A program made the translations under genes and the position numbers. From positions 1 to 64,000 of the forward strand of contig CBDCCZ010000058.1 in the NCBI GenBank assembly GCA_965215005.1: a stretch of DNA of 64,000 bases. The letters are read 5' to 3'. Positions 1 to 12,700 of the stretch are shown in pieces. Below the pieces are notes generated by a model. It was given only the letters and a program-made list of their open reading frames with translations, did not search any database and was not told the DNA's origin. Numbering within the stretch: position 1 is the stretch's first letter; each line of letters starts with the position of its first letter. Origin of the DNA: Kofleriaceae bacterium. Lineage in GTDB: Bacteria > Myxococcota_A > Polyangia > Haliangiales > Haliangiaceae.

Positions 1-152
1 GCGATGCGCTCGCCGACCATTGCTGGCCACTCGGCCGAGATGCGGTGCTTGCGCAGCGGGTCTTCGAGACCGTAGCCGCGCAGCAACGCGGTCACGACCT
101 CGCTAGCGGCAGTTTCGCCCCGCCAGCGCCGACGGCGCTCGCTCGACTTCAT
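1..152 (-). CDS. DUF721/DciA-like protein, N-terminal part (runs off the window start)
   Basis: Hand translation from ATG at 152: MKSSERRRRWRGETAASEVVTALLRGYGLEDPLRKHRISAEWPAMVGERIA. The W-x-x-x-V-G-x-x-I-A pattern is typical of DUF721/DciA. Not in the ORF track. Confidence 0.7.
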   Translation of the reverse strand, partial: MKSSERRRRWRGETAASEVVTALLRGYGLEDPLRKHRISAEWPAMVGERI

Positions 153-153
153 G

Positions 154-776
154 CTACTGCTGCCGCAGGCGCCGGACCAGCTCACGCAGCCGGCGTGAGC
201 CGCCGCCATCGCGATACACGAACTTGAGCCCGGTGCCGCCACCGGCACCGTGGTACGTGGCCTTGCCGGAGATAGCAATCGCGCTCACGGCTCCTGGAGG
301 CGTGATTTCGAGGATGATGTCGGTGTCTAGCGGCAGCGGGTCTGGCGTCATCAGCATGGCGCCACCGACGCTGATCTCGGTGAGACTGCTCTCGGAGAAG
401 TCGGCCGAATCGGTGGTGCGGTAGCGTACCGGAATCGATACCGGCAAACGGGTATGGCGCCGCCGCGGCTGACGGAGCGCGCTCGCCCTTAATGGTCTCG
501 AGGATGAAGTCGCGCTTGGAGGCCTCGTCGTCGTTGAACTCGATGGTGGCGCCGGCGCGCACCCGCAGCCGAGGCAGCGCCGGCCGCCAGCCTTTGACCT
601 GCCCGCGAATCAGAACCTTGTTGGGCAGGGCGGGGACACTCAGCTCGACAATGACAGGCTCTCCCGGTTGCAGTGGCGTGGTGGTCGGACAGAAGAGGCC
701 ACCCCCGGGGCAGGTCGGGTTGATACTGCTCTTCGAACTCCTCGTTCGTTCGACACCGGACCTTGAGGATCTGCAT
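154..776 (-). pseudogene. Tandem PilZ-domain protein split by two frameshifts (possibly sequencing errors)
   Basis: Three frames join into one protein: MQILKVRC..YQPDLP / GGLFCPT..IRGQV..RAGATIEF / RRRHTRLPV..EISVGGA..GLKF..RRLRELVRR. It is colinear with the intact paralog at 31748-32392. Shifts lie near the CCCCC/GGGG run at 702-710 and near 465-475. Confidence 0.75.
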
Positions 777-868
777 GGGCGCTTCTCGTACGGAGCTTAT
801 CATACGTTTTCACCTAAGTGCGCTTGCCGCTTGCGTTCTCGCGGGTCTAGCGGGCAATCTGCCGGACG

Positions 869-1582
869 ATGAAGAGCGGCCGGGCCCTCATCATAGTTCC
901 GACCTACAACGAGCGCGACAATGTAGCAGAGGCCAGCCGGGCGTTCCTCGAGCCGCTGCCAGCATCGGAGCTGCTGTTCGTCGACGATGCCTCGCCAGAC
1001 GGCACCGGCGCCGTGCTCGACGCCCTGGCTGCGGGCAATCCCCGCATTCACGTGCTGCACCGCCCCGGCAAGCTGGGGCTGGGCACCGCCTATCTCGACG
1101 GGTTCGCCTGGGGCCTGCGCCGCGACTACGACCTGCTCCTGGAGATGGATGCCGACTTCAGTCACGACCCGCGGCATCTGCCCGCCCTGGTCGGCCTCGC
1201 CGAAGCCGGCGCTGACATGGTGGTGGGCTCCCGGTACGTCGCCGGCGGGGGCACCGTCAACTGGGGGCTCGGGCGGCGGTGCATCAGCCGCGGCGGCGGG
1301 CTCTACGCGCGGACGGTGCTGGGGGTGGCGGTTCGCGACCTCACCAGCGGTTTCGTCTGCTATCGCCGCCAGACCCTCGAGCGGCTCGACCTCGGCGCCA
1401 TTCGCTCCAACGGCTACGGCTTTCAGATCGAAATGAAGTACCGCGTGCTGCAGGCGGGGATGCGCGTGGTCGAGACCCCGATCCTCTTCGAGGACCGCCG
1501 CGTCGGCCACTCGAAGATGTCGCGGGCCATTTTCCTCGAGGCCCTGCTCATGGTCTGGAAGCTGCGTGCGCAGCGCCTCTAG
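869..1582 (+). CDS. Polyprenol monophosphomannose synthase (GT2, DPM1-like)
   Basis: Motifs IIVPTYNE, VDDASPDGT, MDADFSHDP, VVGSRY, DLTSGF and GYGFQIE. Confidence 0.9.
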   Translation: MKSGRALIIVPTYNERDNVAEASRAFLEPLPASELLFVDDASPDGTGAVLDALAAGNPRIHVLHRPGKLGLGTAYLDGFAWGLRRDYDLLLEMDADFSHDPRHLPALVGLAEAGADMVVGSRYVAGGGTVNWGLGRRCISRGGGLYARTVLGVAVRDLTSGFVCYRRQTLERLDLGAIRSNGYGFQIEMKYRVLQAGMRVVETPILFEDRRVGHSKMSRAIFLEALLMVWKLRAQRL

Positions 1583-2115
1583 TTACTCTTGTCCGAGGGC
1601 GGCGGGGTCTTGCTGCGCGTCTTGCTGGTGCGGCGTTTGCTGGTGGTCTTCGCGGCGCTCTTATTGCGCGTGGCCTTGCTAGATTGCGCGGGTAAGCCAG
1701 CGGCTGCGGCGGGCTTGGTGGTCTCCTCGCTACGCGCGGCCTGCGCGCGCACCGCCTCGACTGCTTCTTGCGCGGCGCGCTCGGCCCGCTCCGCGCGCTC
1801 CTGCGCGGCCGCCAGCTGCTCGGCGACCGAGCCGAGCTGACCGGCGCGCTCGAGCTCGATCGCGGCGAGCTTGCGATCCAGCCCCTCGAGGCGATCCACG
1901 AGCAGCGAGACCTCCTCGCGGCTCGGCAGATCGAGGCTGTCGCGGAGCCGCAACACCAACCGCTCGAAGGCGTTCTGAAGCGACTCCGGGAGCCCCAGCC
2001 ACTGCGCTTTGGCGCGCGCTTCCACGCTGTGGAGCCGAGTCTGCGCGACGGTCAAGCTGTCGCGGATCCGCCCCCCAATCCCACCAGAAGTTGCGATGCT
2101 GTCTGTACGTGTCAC
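1579..2115 (-). CDS. Phasin-like (PhaF/PhaI-type) granule-associated protein with basic tail
   Basis: LDLPSREEVSLLVDRLEGLDRKL resembles the PhaF/PhaI motif. It is followed by a coiled coil and a K/R/S/T-rich tail. GGAGG RBS precedes GTG 2115. Confidence 0.55.
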   Translation of the reverse strand: MTRTDSIATSGGIGGRIRDSLTVAQTRLHSVEARAKAQWLGLPESLQNAFERLVLRLRDSLDLPSREEVSLLVDRLEGLDRKLAAIELERAGQLGSVAEQLAAAQERAERAERAAQEAVEAVRAQAARSEETTKPAAAAGLPAQSSKATRNKSAAKTTSKRRTSKTRSKTPPPSDKSN

Positions 2116-2280
2116 GGCTCCCTCCCTTTCTTTCGCTCACGCTAACGCAACGCGTTATCGGCTGCAACGGCCAATCTGGGAATCTGCGCACCCTCCGGCG
2201 CCAGGAGCCGATCCCGGTTCGCGACGCGGCGAACGCATCCAGCAGCGGCGCATCTCGCAGAGATTGCTAGACTGCGGGCA

Positions 2281-4338
2281 ATGATGCCGGGATCCCGGCG
2301 GGCCCTGTGGGGGGCGCTCTCGATCGCCGCCGTGCTGTTGCCAGCTGCGGGCATCGCCTATCTGGGTGCGGTGTCGTATCGCGCCGATCGAAGCCTAGTG
2401 GCCGCCAAGCTCGACGAGCAGTTTCGCGCCGCGCAAGCGATCGCCGCCGCGGTGGAGCGGGAGCTCGAGGCCGCGCTGACCGCGGTCGACGGCGTTCTAG
2501 AGCCGGGAATCCGGCCATCGCCCGCGGCGCTGGCGGCGCTACGGGACTCGCATCCGCTGGCCGCGTCGCCGTTTCGCATCGGCGGCGACGGGCGACTGCA
2601 GTTTCCCTTCGCTGACGCCTTGCGACTGTCGCCGGCGCGTGAGCCATTCTTGTCGCGCGCGCCTCGCAGCTGCCCCGAACGCGGCTTTGATCGCTGCGTG
2701 CGGGAGCTGGTGGCGTCGCGTCGCCGGGCGGCGCAGCTGGTCGAGGCGCGCCGGGCCGAGCTTGCCGGCCGTCCCGTGCGAGCCGCGTATCAGGCCTTGG
2801 CGCGCTTCGACGACACCGGACCGGAGGCGCTCTTGGGACTAGCGCGGCTGGCGCGTCGCCGCGGCGACGCCGAGCTCGCGACCGCGCGCTATCGCGAGCT
2901 CGATCGCCGGTTTGGCGCCCGCAATGATGAAGACGGCGTCGACTATGCGCTGCTCGCCGCGTGGGGCACGGCGCAAACGCTGGCGACGTCCGAGGCCCAG
3001 CTAGCGCTGTATCAGCAGCTGGTCGAACGGCAGTTTCGCGCTCCGGCCGCCGCGCTCGCGCTAATCGCCGAGACGCTTCGGGTTGCGCTGGCCGCGGCGC
3101 CGCTGCCGCAAGCGCAGCGGCAACGAATCGCCGCCCTCGATGCGCGGCTCGCGGCAGCGCGCCGCGAAGCTCGGTTTGCCGCCACGCTCGCTGCCGAGCT
3201 CGACGAGCTGGCGCGCTCGGCGGTGGCGGAGGCGCGCGGGCGCTCGGCCGGCACCGCCAACCGCTCGCTGGTCTATCGTCGGGACGAGGCCGGCGGCGTG
3301 GTCGGCGTGGTCGTCGACCGGGAGATGCTCGAAGCCGCCGCCGCACGCGCCAACGTGCGCATGGCCGAGCTCGGGCGCGGCGCTCGCGCCATCGCCCAGC
3401 GCATTGGCGAGCCGGTCATCCGCGGCGCCACGCGAACGCTGGCCAGCGCCAGCTTCGGGCCGGTGCTGCCCCATCTGAGCCTGGTGCTGGTCAACGACCG
3501 CATCCAGCCCGATCCGCTAGACGCCATCGCCGCGGCTCGCGGCCGCCGCCATCTAGTCCTCACCGGCGCTCTCGCCGCACTGCTCATCATCGGGTTGATC
3601 GCAACCATCCGCGGCGCGGCGCGCCAGCGCGAGCTCGCGCGCCTCAAGAGCGACTTCGTTTCCACGGTGTCGCACGAGCTCAAGACGCCGCTCACGTCCA
3701 TCCGCATGTTTGGCGAGATGCTGCAGCAGGGCATGGCAGGCGCTGACCAGACGCGACAAGCGCGCTACCACGACATCATCGTCAAAGAGAGCGAGCGGCT
3801 GGGATTGCTCATCGCCAATCTCCTCGACTACGCGCAGCTCGAGCGCGGCATGCGTGGTTACAGCGCTCGCCGCGAGCGTCTCGCCGACCTTGCCAGCGAC
3901 GCGGTGGAAACGTTCCGCAGGTTCGGCGGCGAGGACACGCTGATCGAGGTGCAGATCGCCCCCGAGGCTCGCGATGCGGAGGTCCTCGTCGACCGCGAGG
4001 TGCTGGTGCAGTCGCTCCTCAACCTGTTGGCCAACGCCAGCAAGTACGGCCTCGGGGCGCCGATTGGCGTCGAGGTGCAGCGGCGCGACGGCGCGGGCGT
4101 GGTCGCGGTGACCGACCGCGGCCCCGGCATTCCGGCGGCCGAGCACGAGCGCATCTTTCGCGAGTTCTACCGCGCGCCCGCCGCGCGTAGCAGTGGGGTC
4201 GAAGGCACTGGTCTGGGGCTGGCGCTGGTGAAGCGACACGTCGAGGCGCAAGGCGGCATCGTCGAGCTCAGCAGCGCCATGGGGCGCGGCTCGACGTTCG
4301 CCATTGTGCTGCCCTGCGCGGTTTCGGAGGTTGCATGA
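2281..4338 (+). CDS. Membrane sensor histidine kinase
   Basis: N-terminal TM, large helical extracytoplasmic region, second TM, H-box VSHELKTPL, N-box NLLANASKY, DRGPGI and GTGLGL. Confidence 0.92.
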   Translation: MMPGSRRALWGALSIAAVLLPAAGIAYLGAVSYRADRSLVAAKLDEQFRAAQAIAAAVERELEAALTAVDGVLEPGIRPSPAALAALRDSHPLAASPFRIGGDGRLQFPFADALRLSPAREPFLSRAPRSCPERGFDRCVRELVASRRRAAQLVEARRAELAGRPVRAAYQALARFDDTGPEALLGLARLARRRGDAELATARYRELDRRFGARNDEDGVDYALLAAWGTAQTLATSEAQLALYQQLVERQFRAPAAALALIAETLRVALAAAPLPQAQRQRIAALDARLAAARREARFAATLAAELDELARSAVAEARGRSAGTANRSLVYRRDEAGGVVGVVVDREMLEAAAARANVRMAELGRGARAIAQRIGEPVIRGATRTLASASFGPVLPHLSLVLVNDRIQPDPLDAIAAARGRRHLVLTGALAALLIIGLIATIRGAARQRELARLKSDFVSTVSHELKTPLTSIRMFGEMLQQGMAGADQTRQARYHDIIVKESERLGLLIANLLDYAQLERGMRGYSARRERLADLASDAVETFRRFGGEDTLIEVQIAPEARDAEVLVDREVLVQSLLNLLANASKYGLGAPIGVEVQRRDGAGVVAVTDRGPGIPAAEHERIFREFYRAPAARSSGVEGTGLGLALVKRHVEAQGGIVELSSAMGRGSTFAIVLPCAVSEVA

Positions 4339-5069
4339 AGAAGATCTTGGTGATCGAAGACGATGCCTCGATTCGGCTGGGGCTCGAGGATACGTTGCGC
4401 GCCAAGGGCTACGCGGTCACCGCGTGCTCGCGTGGCGACGAAGGCTTGACGCTAGCGGCCAAGCTCGCACCCGACCTCATCGTCCTCGACATCATGCTGC
4501 CCGACACCGACGGCTTCGAAGTTTGTCGCCGAATCAAAGCGTCGCGACAGCCGTTGGCGCAAACACCGGTGATCATGCTGAGCGCGCGCGGCGCGGAGCT
4601 CGATCGCGTTCGTGGCCTCGAGCTCGGCGCCGACGACTACGTGACCAAGCCGTTTTCGCTCATGGAGCTGCTCGCACGGGTGGCGGCCGTGCTGCGGCGC
4701 GCGGGTCGCGCTACCGAGGTTGCTTCGATGCTGCGGTTTGGCGATGTGGTCATCGATTTCGTCCGGCAGCAGGCGACGAAAGCCGGCGCGGACCTCGAGC
4801 TACCAGCGCGTGCATTCGCAATTCTGCAAGTGTTCGCCCGCCGCCCCGGTGAGGTGGTGAGCCGCCAACAGCTCCTCGAGGAAGCGTGGGGCTACGACCG
4901 CTACCCAAATACCCGCACGGTGGACAATCACCTCGTCAAGCTGCGCCGCGCTCTCGAAGACGAACCCGATCGGCCGCGGTATCTTCTCACCGTGCACGGC
5001 GCCGGCTATCGATTGGCGCTCGATGGACGGGGCACGCACCACATGCCGGGCGACATGACAAGGTCGTGA
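4335..5069 (+). CDS. OmpR/PhoB-family response regulator
   Basis: Receiver motifs IEDD, LDIMLP and GADDYVTKPF; winged-helix motifs RTVDNH and TVHGAGY. Overlaps the kinase stop (ATGA). Confidence 0.93.
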   Translation: MKKILVIEDDASIRLGLEDTLRAKGYAVTACSRGDEGLTLAAKLAPDLIVLDIMLPDTDGFEVCRRIKASRQPLAQTPVIMLSARGAELDRVRGLELGADDYVTKPFSLMELLARVAAVLRRAGRATEVASMLRFGDVVIDFVRQQATKAGADLELPARAFAILQVFARRPGEVVSRQQLLEEAWGYDRYPNTRTVDNHLVKLRRALEDEPDRPRYLLTVHGAGYRLALDGRGTHHMPGDMTRS

Positions 5070-5092
5070 CAAGGTTTTGCCAGACCGTGACA
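5056..5092 (+). promoter_or_regulatory. Putative OmpR/PhoB-type operator (tandem direct repeats)
   Basis: TGACA at 5056, TGACA at 5067, TGCCA at 5078 and TGACA at 5088 (11/11/10-bp spacing). TGACAAGGT is repeated exactly in the first two. Confidence 0.55.
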
Positions 5093-5173
5093 TCTTTTTG
5101 CCGGGACAGGACACTTCCGCCAGCGCCGCTTGCTACAACTGAAAGCGGGCGAGGCGAGGGCGCCGGCACCGGG

Positions 5174-6103
5174 ATGCGCGCGTTGCGGGTATTTTGGTGT
5201 CGGCGCTGCGCCGGTTTGGCGCTGGCGGTTGCTGCCATCGCGGCTAGCGGTTGCTCCGACGACCAGCAAATGCCCGCGCAACCCACCTCGGCAGAGGCAG
5301 TGCAAAGCGCGGTGGTCGAGGATGCTTCGGCGCGCTGGGAGGCCCGCTATTACGAGGGCTACTTCGCCGAGGTAACCCGGGGCGACATCGACCGCGCGCG
5401 AGCAGCGTATGAGGGCGTGATTGCCGGCGCCGGTGAGGCGCAGGCGCGGGTGGCGGCCCGTGCCGCGTTGCGGCTCGCCGAGCTCGAGGAGCTGGCGGGG
5501 CGACGTCGGCGTGCCATCGAGTTGGTCGCGCGCGCCGCGGTGCTGGGGCAGGGCGATGCCGCTATCGTCGATCAAGCCGACCGGCTGCAGGCGCGGCTGG
5601 CAACCGCTGCTTCGCAAGGCAGCGAGGTGCGCGGTCCACCCGCCGGCACGCCGCTAGAGGTCGGCGATGCGGCGCTCGCCGCACGCTTTGCTGCGGCCGA
5701 GAAGGCGCTCGAGAGCTACGTCGAGCTGCGGCTACAGCCTCGGCTCGAGGCGCTGCGCACCAGCGTCCGCGCCAAACAAGCAGCCATGGAAGGCGCCGCA
5801 CGCGCCTACCGGGAGGTCGCCGATGGTGGCGCGCCCGCCGCTGCGCTTGCGGCGGAGTTTCGCATCGGCAGCCTCTATCACGACTTCGCCGTGGCGCTGA
5901 TGTTCGATCTGCCTCCGGAGCTCGACGCCGCGGCGCGCACCAAGCTGCGCCGTGACCTGCGCGCGCGCGCCATCGGTTACCTGCGCAAAGCCCGCACCGC
6001 CTACGAGCGAAGCATCGAAGCCGCTGCCGCGCCTAGCGATCGCTGGCTGATGGCCGCGACCGCCGGACGCCGTGCCGTCGATGATCTCCTCGGCGGCGAA
6101 TAG
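5174..6103 (+). CDS. Hypothetical TPR-like helical lipoprotein
   Basis: Signal peptide with lipobox ASG-C, then TPR-like helices (ARAAYEGVI, AEFRIGSLYHD, ARTAYERSI). Start moved from the ORF track to ATG 5174. Confidence 0.6.
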   Translation: MRALRVFWCRRCAGLALAVAAIAASGCSDDQQMPAQPTSAEAVQSAVVEDASARWEARYYEGYFAEVTRGDIDRARAAYEGVIAGAGEAQARVAARAALRLAELEELAGRRRRAIELVARAAVLGQGDAAIVDQADRLQARLATAASQGSEVRGPPAGTPLEVGDAALAARFAAAEKALESYVELRLQPRLEALRTSVRAKQAAMEGAARAYREVADGGAPAAALAAEFRIGSLYHDFAVALMFDLPPELDAAARTKLRRDLRARAIGYLRKARTAYERSIEAAAAPSDRWLMAATAGRRAVDDLLGGE

Positions 6104-6136
6104 AAACCCGGCGGAGGCGCTGCTAGGCTTGCCGCC

Positions 6137-7003
6137 GTGGCGGTCAAAGTCTTCATCGATGGCGCGCTGTTCGACGAGTCGAACGCGCGCATCTCGGTCT
6201 TCGATCGCGGCTTTCTCTACGGCGATAGCGTTTACGAGGCGATGCGCACCGCCGGCGGCAAACCGGTCGATCTCGAGCCGCATCTCGAGCGGCTGCATCG
6301 CTCGGCCGCGGCGTTAGCGCTCAGCGTGCCGTCTACGGCCGACCTCGAGAACGCGATCCAACGCACGTTGACGGCTGCAGGCAATGATGACTCGTACGTG
6401 CGGCTCATCGTTACCCGCGGCGGCGGCGCAATCGGCCTCGACACCGCGCTTGCCGAGGCCCCGAGCTGCATCGTCATCGTCCGGCCGCTGGTGTTGCCGA
6501 CCGCCGAGCAGTACGAGCATGGCGTCGCTCTGTGCATCGTGGAAATTCGGCGCACGCCGCGCCGCGCCATGGATCCGAGCGTCAAGTCCGGCAACTACCT
6601 AAACAACATCATGGCGCTGCAAGAAGCCCGCAAGAGCGGCGCGTACGAGGCGCTGATGTGCAATATGCGCGGCTACGTCGCGGAAGGCTCGACGTCCAAC
6701 GTGTTCATCGTGCGGGGCGGGCGGCTCACCACGCCGCCGCTCGAGACGGGGCTGCTCGCAGGCATCACGCGCCAGCGCATCAGCGAGCTGGCCGTTGCCG
6801 AGGGCATCGTCGTCGAGGAAGCAGCCTTGCTGCCCGAGGATGTGCGCGGCGCCGACGAGGTCTTCATCACCAGCTCGGTTCGCGGCATCTTGCCAGTGAC
6901 TAAGATCGACGATGCACCCGTGGGCGGCGGCGCGGTGGGCGCGGTGACGCGTCGGTTGATGGCGCTCTACGCCGCGTATCTCGCTAGCTATCGCCGCAAC
7001 TGA
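6137..7003 (+). CDS. Class IV PLP aminotransferase (branched-chain/D-amino-acid/ADC-lyase family)
   Basis: DRGFLYGDSVYE, HLERL, VKSGNY (PLP lysine), EGSTSNVF, LAGITR and EVFITSS. Confidence 0.9.
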   Translation: MAVKVFIDGALFDESNARISVFDRGFLYGDSVYEAMRTAGGKPVDLEPHLERLHRSAAALALSVPSTADLENAIQRTLTAAGNDDSYVRLIVTRGGGAIGLDTALAEAPSCIVIVRPLVLPTAEQYEHGVALCIVEIRRTPRRAMDPSVKSGNYLNNIMALQEARKSGAYEALMCNMRGYVAEGSTSNVFIVRGGRLTTPPLETGLLAGITRQRISELAVAEGIVVEEAALLPEDVRGADEVFITSSVRGILPVTKIDDAPVGGGAVGAVTRRLMALYAAYLASYRRN

Positions 7004-7029
7004 GCTCGCGCGCCGCTGCACGCGCGAAG

Positions 7030-7314
7030 CTATTCGACGATGATGGTGCTGGTCTTGGGCGTCGGCGCTTCGAAAAGCTGCCGAATCGGCAGGACCTCGA
7101 TTCCAAGCGCCATCGCGATCAAGATCCCGCCGATGATGAGATAGGCGAGCCCAAACAGCAGATGGCGTCGCCGGCTCATGCCGTACATGCCGCCCCGTTC
7201 GCGTGCTCGAAGGTCCTCGGCGCGTGAGCGCTTCGCTAGCAGCAGCCGATAGACCCCGAATACGATCACGGCGCCGGCGACCAAAAACGTGAGCCACGGC
7301 GGTACGGAAATCAT
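7030..7314 (-). CDS. Small two-TM membrane protein
   Basis: Two hydrophobic helices separated by a basic loop; fills the gap between flanking genes. Confidence 0.55.
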   Translation of the reverse strand: MISVPPWLTFLVAGAVIVFGVYRLLLAKRSRAEDLRARERGGMYGMSRRRHLLFGLAYLIIGGILIAMALGIEVLPIRQLFEAPTPKTSTIIVE

Positions 7315-7460
7315 GACCGCGCCAGTCTACTCGCCGGCGCCGCGCTTGCCACTCTCTAGCCGGTGCTTTGCGAATCGCGATGGCCGCCGCAATGTCGAGC
7401 CGGCGCGGCAAGTTGACACCCCGGGGCCGCCTGGGTCAAAGTCCGGCACCGTACACCCCC

Positions 7461-8141
<681 letters not shown>

Positions 8142-8164
8142 GCACCCCACGAGGTAGCGACACC

Positions 8165-9775
<1,611 letters not shown>

Positions 9776-9785
9776 GGAGCACGCC

Positions 9786-12700
9786 ATGAGCCAGACGCGT
9801 GGCAACAGCGGCAATGGGCCCGATATCGAGCTCGATGTAACCAAGATCTTCGACGGCAAGCGCATCTTGCTGATCGGCACCACCGGCTTCGTCGGCAAGG
9901 TGGCACTGTCGATGCTCTTGTGTCGATATCCCAACGTCGGCCGCGTCTATTGCTTGGTGCGTCCTGGAGCGGGCAATACCGCCGATGAGCGCTTCTTTCG
10001 CAAGGTCGCAACCTCGCCCGCGTTCGATCCGCTGCGTGAGCTGTGGGGCGATGGCTACGAGAGCTTTCTGCGCGAGAAGATCGTCGCGATCCCGGGCGAT
10101 ATCGGCCGCCCGCTGTGCAACTTCGACGACGCCATGTTCGAGCGCTTCGCCAGCGACGGCGGCCTCGACGTCGTCGTTAACTCGGCCGGGTTGGTGTCGT
10201 TCACGCCCTCGCTCGAGAGCGCGCTGCGCATCAACGCGCGCGGCGCCGCCAACGTTCTCGAGGTGGCCAAGCGAGCCAATGCGCGGCTGGTTCACGTATC
10301 CACGTGTTACGTGTGCGGCCGGCGCGACGGTGAGGTCTGGGAAGACGAGCCGGTGGTCGGCTATTTCCCGCGCCAGGGCGAGCTCCTCGATGAGGATTTC
10401 GATGCCCACGCCGAGATGGATGACTGCCAGCGCATCATCGATCAGGTGCGCGATCGCGCCAACGACCGCGCCCACATCTCGCAGTTTCGCGAGCAAGCGG
10501 CCGCCGCGCTCGAGTCGCAGCGTCGCGATCCCGACGACCCAGCGGCGCTTCGGCTGGCGGTGGCGCGCGAGCGAAAAATCTGGATGGCCACCCGGCTCAC
10601 GGAGCTCGGCCAGCAGCGCGCCGAGCACTGGGGCTGGACCAACACCTATACGTATACCAAGTCGCTGGGCGAACAAGCGATCCTCGGCGAGGACAGCGTG
10701 GTGAGCACGATCGTGCGGCCGGCCATCGTCGAGTCGTCGGTGCGATTTCCGTTTCCCGGCTGGAACGAAGGCTTCAACACCACCGCACCGTTGGTGTACC
10801 TGGTGCTCAAGGGTCACCGACACATCGTCGCGTCCGATAAAAAACTCGACGTCGTTCCCGTCGATTATGTCGCCGCGGGCATGATCATGGCTACCGCCGC
10901 GGTGCTGGTAGGCGAGCACGATCGGGTCTATCAGCTCGGCACCAGCGGCATCAATCCCGTGACCTCCAAGCGGCTTACCGAGATGACGGCGCTGGCAGTG
11001 CGTCGGCTGCATCGCCACAACGCCGACGAGGGTCACGAGCCGGTGCAAAACCGCATCCGAGCGCGGCTCGAGTCGATGCCGGTCGACTATCAAACCTACA
11101 AGCGTCGCTCGGCGCCGCTGTTTGGCGGACTGGCCAAGTGGGCGAGCCGCGAGATTGATCGCCGGGTACCGCGTTGGGGCGCGCCCAAGCTGCAAGCCCT
11201 GTCGGAACGGGCTAAGGACGAGCTCGGCAAAGTCATCGATTTCACCGACAAGGTCGATGTCTTGATCGAGATGTTCAAGCCGTTCAATTTCGATCACGAC
11301 ATCGCGTTTCGCTGCGACAACGTGCGTCGGTTGCACCAGCGCCTGAGCCCCTCGGATCAGCAGCGGCTGCCGTTCGACCCCGAGACCATCGATTGGCGCT
11401 ACTACTGGATGGAGACCCACTTCCCGGGGCTTCAACAGTGGGTGTTTCCGGTGCTCGACGACGAGTTCGGCGCCAAACCGCGCACCGTCTATACCTACAA
11501 AGACCTGCTCGAGCTGTTCGATGCCGCCACCAAGCTGCACAAGCACCGGGTGGCGCTGCGCATGCTGCCCACCAGCGACGACGACGCCGAGCCGGTGGTT
11601 TACACCTATGAGCGGGTTCAGGAGCTGGCCGCACAAGGGGCCGCGGCGCTGCGCGAGCGCGGCATTGGCCCAGGCGACTCCGTTCTGTTGATGAGCGAGA
11701 ACCGCCCGGAGTGGGGCATCGGCTACTTCGCGGTCCTCAAGACCGGCGCCACGGTGGCACCGGTGGACTCGCAGCTCTCGCTCGCCGAGGTCGAAAATGT
11801 GGTGCGGGCGTCGGCGGCCAAGATCTGCATCGTGTCCACCAAGGTCGCTGAGCGCCTCCTCGAGGACGAGTCGGAAGCAACCACGGCCGATGCGATCATC
11901 GCGCTCGACCGACGACTTGCCGATACCAGCGTGGTGGGCTTTGCGCAGCTCCTCGTCGAGCCGGCGGTCAGCCCGGCGGCGGTGATGCCGCCACGCCGCT
12001 CGGACGCGGTCGCCTCCCTCATCTTCACCTCCGGCACCACCGGGTCTCCCAAGGGCGTCATGCTCACGCACAAGAACTTCACGGCCATGGCCGCGAAGCT
12101 CTCGTCGCTGTTCAAGCTCTATCGCCACGACGGCTTATTGTCGGTGTTGCCGCTGCATCACACCCTGGAGTTCTCCGCCGGATTCCTGATGCCGCTGGTC
12201 CACGGCGCCTCCATCACCTACCTCGAGGAAGTGGGCGCTGACGGCCTGCAGAAGGCCTTCGATGAAGGCACCGTGACCGGGATGGTCGGGGTGCCGGCGC
12301 TGTGGCAGCTGCTGTCGCGGAAGATCTGGTCCCGCATCAGCGACCGCGGACCGCTCGTCGAGCGCGCCTTCGAGACCATCGTCGAGCTCAATCGCTCGCT
12401 GCGCGATCGCGTGCCGTACGGCGCCAATCTCGGTCGGCTGCTGTTCTTGCCGGTGCACCAGAAGCTCGGCGGTCGCATGCGGCTGATGATCAGCGGCGGC
12501 TCGGCGCTGCCGGTCGACGTCATGAAGTCGTTCCAGGGGCTGGGATTTCGGCTCTTCGAAGGCTACGGGATGACCGAGGCCTCGCCGGTGATCACCGTGC
12601 ATCGCCCGAGCGACCGGGTGCTGCCGGGAAGCGTGGGACGCGCGCTGCCGGGCATCGACGTCGCGGTGCACGAGCCCGATGAGCGCGGTGTCGGCGAGGT

